DNA of 64,000 nt from Amoebophrya sp. A120 (Eukaryota; Protista; Dinoflagellata): positions 1,981,216 through 2,045,215 of the forward strand of contig CAJINV010000002.1 in assembly GCA_905178155.1 (NCBI GenBank), in the 5' to 3' direction. The first letter of the stretch is position 1. Every line of letters begins with the position of its first letter. Below the pieces are notes generated by a model that did not search any database, had not been told where the DNA came from, and saw only the letters and a list, made by a program, of their open reading frames with translations. Both the position numbers and the translations under genes were made by a program. Shown piece by piece: positions 60,582 through 64,000 of the stretch.

Positions 60582-63500
60582 TCATCCCGCCGGCACCCAG
60601 TAGCACTTGACGACGTGATTTGTCGCAACGACCAACACCACTCTGGTTTTCGCAAAAACGTTCACAATGTTCACCGACACGATATTCGGGAGTAGCCCGT
60701 TATCATCGTCCGGGTTTGATTCCTCCTGCGCTGCTTTCTCCAACTCCGGGTCGAGGATTTTGTGTTCGTGCTCGATCAGCAATTGCCCTGTCTTCGCGGA
60801 ATAGCTGTAGATCGAGATTTCGTCGACTATCCACACAAAGTGCCGGTACACCGCGATCTTCGGCTCGGCGTCGACATTCAAACCAACATTATGATATTGA
60901 AAGAGGTTTTCCCGTTTTTTCGAGGGGAGCTGGAATTTGATCTTCGGAAGGGTGGTAATGGGCTGTTGCTGCTGTTGCCGCTTTCGGTCGCGTTTCGTCC
61001 GGAGGGCGACGGGGCGGATGGGAACTGCTTGTGCAGGTTGGGTTTGGTCTTGTTGACCTGGTGCGGGGAGGGAGTCGGACAAGGGATTAGCGCCAGCTGC
61101 TCCTGCGTTCGTTGGTGTTGTCGCGTTACTCCTGTTCGTTGGCGTTTTCTGGTCGTCGAAGGGACTGTTACCTCCTTTCGCTGCGGAGGAGGAGGAGCTG
61201 CGGGTTTTGCGGTCAGCGTTGTCACCGGCATCATCACCATCTAGTTCTTCTGGATTCATCTCTTTAGAGGTACAAAATTTTCATACTCTTCTTCATACTT
61301 AAAAAATTCATATGCGCAGAAATCCAATACACCAGGACGGCCAAAAACACACACGAAGGGCGCAGACGTCACACGCTGATCGGGCTACGACTTATTTCCG
61401 CCCAATGTGTCACGCCGCAAAACCAAGCCCGGTCCGGGGCTGTCAAACTTCGGCAAGCATGCCCACAACAGTTTAGCGGGCCCCCTGCGGCGCCACTAGA
61501 GAAAGCAAATACCGCCACAACAGGCAGTAAACACGCCAAGCGCGCACATTTGTTGCGAGCTAGCTTTTTTGCGCTTTTTCGAGTGCAGCTTTCGGCGGTA
61601 AAGCTTGACGCCACAGCGGTGCGCAAGAACACGCGCCGGAGCCACAAAGGTAAAGCGCAATGCACAGGCGCCACGCAGGCCCACCGTGATGGCTCTCTCC
61701 GCTTGCACACGAACATGAGACGCTGCGCTTCGGCGTCGTGCTCAACCATGGAGCCAGAGGGAGCGGAAGCGCGCGCGAAAATGCGCGCGAAAATGCGCAC
61801 GGAAATGCGCTAAAAATATACGCAGAGTAAGTGGTTCCATTTTTCGCCACCCATAAACTTGCTTCTTAGAGTGCACGGCATGGCCTATGTTCGCGCGCTT
61901 TTTCGCGCGCGCGAAAATGCGCAAGAAAATGCGCCGAAAAGTATGCAGAAAAAGTGACCCCATTTTCGACCACCCGTAAATTTCTTAGACTGCATGGCAT
62001 GCTCTATGTTCGCGCGCTCTTGCGCGCGCGCGAAAATGCGCACGAAAATGCGCTGAAAATTATGCACAAAAAGCGACCCCATTTGTGGCCAGCCATAAAC
62101 TTCTTAGACTGCGTGGCATGGTCTATGTTCTCTGCGCGCTCCTGCGCGCGCGCGTTTTTTATCTATGTTTGCGCGCTCTTTTTCGCGCTTGTTTTTTTTG
62201 CTGGAGCGCCGCGCCCTCCCGAAAGGCTCGGGCGTTGCGCTCTCGTTGTGCTCAAACACGGAGGCCAAGCACCGGAGCAAGAGACGCAGTGCGTTGCTGG
62301 TGGCGGACGTGTTCCAGCCGGGAATATCTTCGCCTACTAGCGAGCGCCACTTCCTGCGCGCAGCTTGAAGCGCGCGACCTTTTGGGCCCGCGTGCCTTTC
62401 TGCCAGCTTGAGTGCTGATAGTTCTCGAAACGGATTTGAGCACGGGCACCGCAGGCGGGCGCGTTTGCGTTGCAGTCTAAACGAGAGAGGAACCGCGCTC
62501 ACGCAGATTCGAAGCGGCATCTCATACAGCCTGCCTCCGCAGGCACTCCGCACGAGCGCGCTCCGCGCTCCTGTCTATTTTTTTCGCGACGAGCAATCCA
62601 GAAGATGCGCGCTTCTGATTCTTGCATAACATAGACCCAGTTGGAGTCTTTTTTTCCGCGCCTCGAGCAGAGCATGCGAATTTTTTAAGTATGGTCTTGA
62701 GTATGTATTTCGTGTAGCCTTAATCTCTTCATCAGTACTACTGTCCTGCTCATCCTCATCCCCACCAATTCCATCCGGCAACACCGCCCCAGCCGCGGTG
62801 AAATACGCCAAATCCTCTTCATCGCTCGAGCACTCGGAAATTTCCTCGTCAATCAACATCCGGTGCGCCTTCGACCCTATTGGCGGTAAATTCGATAAGA
62901 ACCCGTCATCGGAAAAGGTCGGTTGTTTGTGAAACGCTTGGCCATAGCCGGTACGTAATTTCTTCCTATTCGCGTCAGCTGTTGTTGGCCGGGATGAATC
63001 TCTTCTACCAGACACCGGGCTCAACCCGGTCGACGCCGCGATGGACTCAGTCGCGGAAGCGACCATGGTTACAGGAGCGGTTATTGCGGAAAACATGGAG
63101 CCGAACAAACCGCCAGAATTTGTTTCTTCCTTCTTCTTCGAATTCGAGGTTGGGGACAGAGGGGACGATGTGTCTGCGGTTTGTCTATTCGGGGTTCTTG
63201 GTCTTTGCGCGGTTTGCGATCGTTTTCCAGCGGAGGAGGAAAACTCCCCCGCGACTTGCTCCTTCCCCATCTCCGTTTCGCAGGAAAAGACCATGCAGCG
63301 GAAGACGGATTTCTGCACCTTGTACAGCACCGCAGCCGTTTTGCCGTAGATCGCGAAATCGAGGATGGGGGAAGATTTGGTACTCGTTATTCCACCACTG
63401 GTCTCAGCCACGTGTTTTATCTTCTTCCCATACCCGGGGAACTTGTGCAAAAGTGGTACTTTCACCCCGTACAAATGTTCCTCCGCAAAATCGCCGATCT

Positions 63501-64000
63501 GGTCCAGTGTTTGCTGCTGCATCGCGGCAAAAGAGCCGGAAAAACCGAGGTTGTTTTGATCGTTTGTCCCACCTTCCAGTTCCTGCTCCGCATCAGAACT
63601 TTGACTTCCTGCGAAAGTTACGTGCTTTTTCCCATGGACTTGATCGTCCTGGCCTGTGTTCCGTGTACCAACCACCGGGATTTTTCTCTTCCCCCCCGTC
63701 TTCGAATTCACCCGGTAGTATCCACAGAAAAAAACCCATCCCCATCCAATTTGTCATGCAAAACAAAGACAAACATCAGAAACAGTGTTAGTTTGTCATG
63801 CCAAAATTGGATGGTTATGGTTTTTTTTTGTGGATAGGTAGACGGAATTCTCAATCCCAGGGAAATAGATGTTGTTTTCGTTCTCCACCGAATTCGGCGC
63901 CGTGTCCGGATCCACGTAGAACGGATAGAGGAAGTGTTCGTTTAAATCCAGAAAAGCTGGCGCATTTAACGAGAGCTGGTTGTTCTGATTGTTCTTGCTA
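60582..64000 (-). CDS. Gene H (5' end beyond window), hypothetical protein with beta-strand-rich blocks
   Basis: Open exon 63837-64000, ORF 62575-63711 and ORF 60582-61259 join in frame after removing 63719-63836 (+5) and 61265-62722 (+7), giving ...TDEEMNPEE... Confidence 0.75.
61265..62722. mobile_element. Large TIR-bounded intron with 7-bp direct repeat and GC-rich interior
   Basis: catacttaaaaaattc near the left end is the inverse of gaattttttaagtatg near the right end, within a longer imperfect TIR; flanked by atctctt on both sides. Confidence 0.75.
61770..62160. repeat. ~3 imperfect tandem units of ~119 bp
   Basis: Repeated gcgcgcgaaaatgcgc...ccataaactt...cttaga.tgc..ggcatg...tatgttc. 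Confidence 0.85.
63719..63836. mobile_element. Introner, family 5
   Basis: tatccacagaaaaaaacccatc...atggtttttttttgtggata; perfect TSD ggtag. Confidence 0.95.

Noticed and set aside
1-64000. tRNA, rRNA, snRNA or spliced-leader genes
   Set aside because: None recognised by eye; a covariance-model search is needed to exclude them.

Overview
Eukaryotic, gene-dense DNA in which every gene lies on the minus strand, head to tail. The style strongly resembles the parasitic dinoflagellate Amoebophrya (Syndiniales), known for non-canonical 'introner' introns; the organism is inferred, not proven. I reconstructed eight multi-exon genes for low-complexity, coiled-coil or membrane proteins of unknown function, plus two small paralogous secreted-protein genes. 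Their coding sequences are interrupted by 33 complete TIR elements from at least 8 families, plus one partial copy at the left edge. 32 begin TAT, end ATA (one GTA) and sit in a 5-bp target-site duplication (TSD): 19 perfect, 12 imperfect, 1 unrecognisable. One large element has a 7-bp repeat. For all 33 complete elements, removing the element plus one TSD copy rejoins the flanking reading frames, without needing GT-AG. The eight families and most of the six GT-AG introns share an internal motif, TGTNATGC, in both orientations. Several TIR elements carry nested insertions. One is a ~0.92-kb poly(A)-tailed element with a 21-bp TSD whose tail carries a copy of its own target. Another is a 3.87-kb TIR unit (49621-53490) holding a 5'-truncated RTE-like LINE ORF, a perfect 120-bp palindrome and four near-identical 486-bp tandem units. 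Also present are a DIRS-like RT fragment in a composite insertion, a 263-bp hairpin and several extremely GC-rich intergenic islands.
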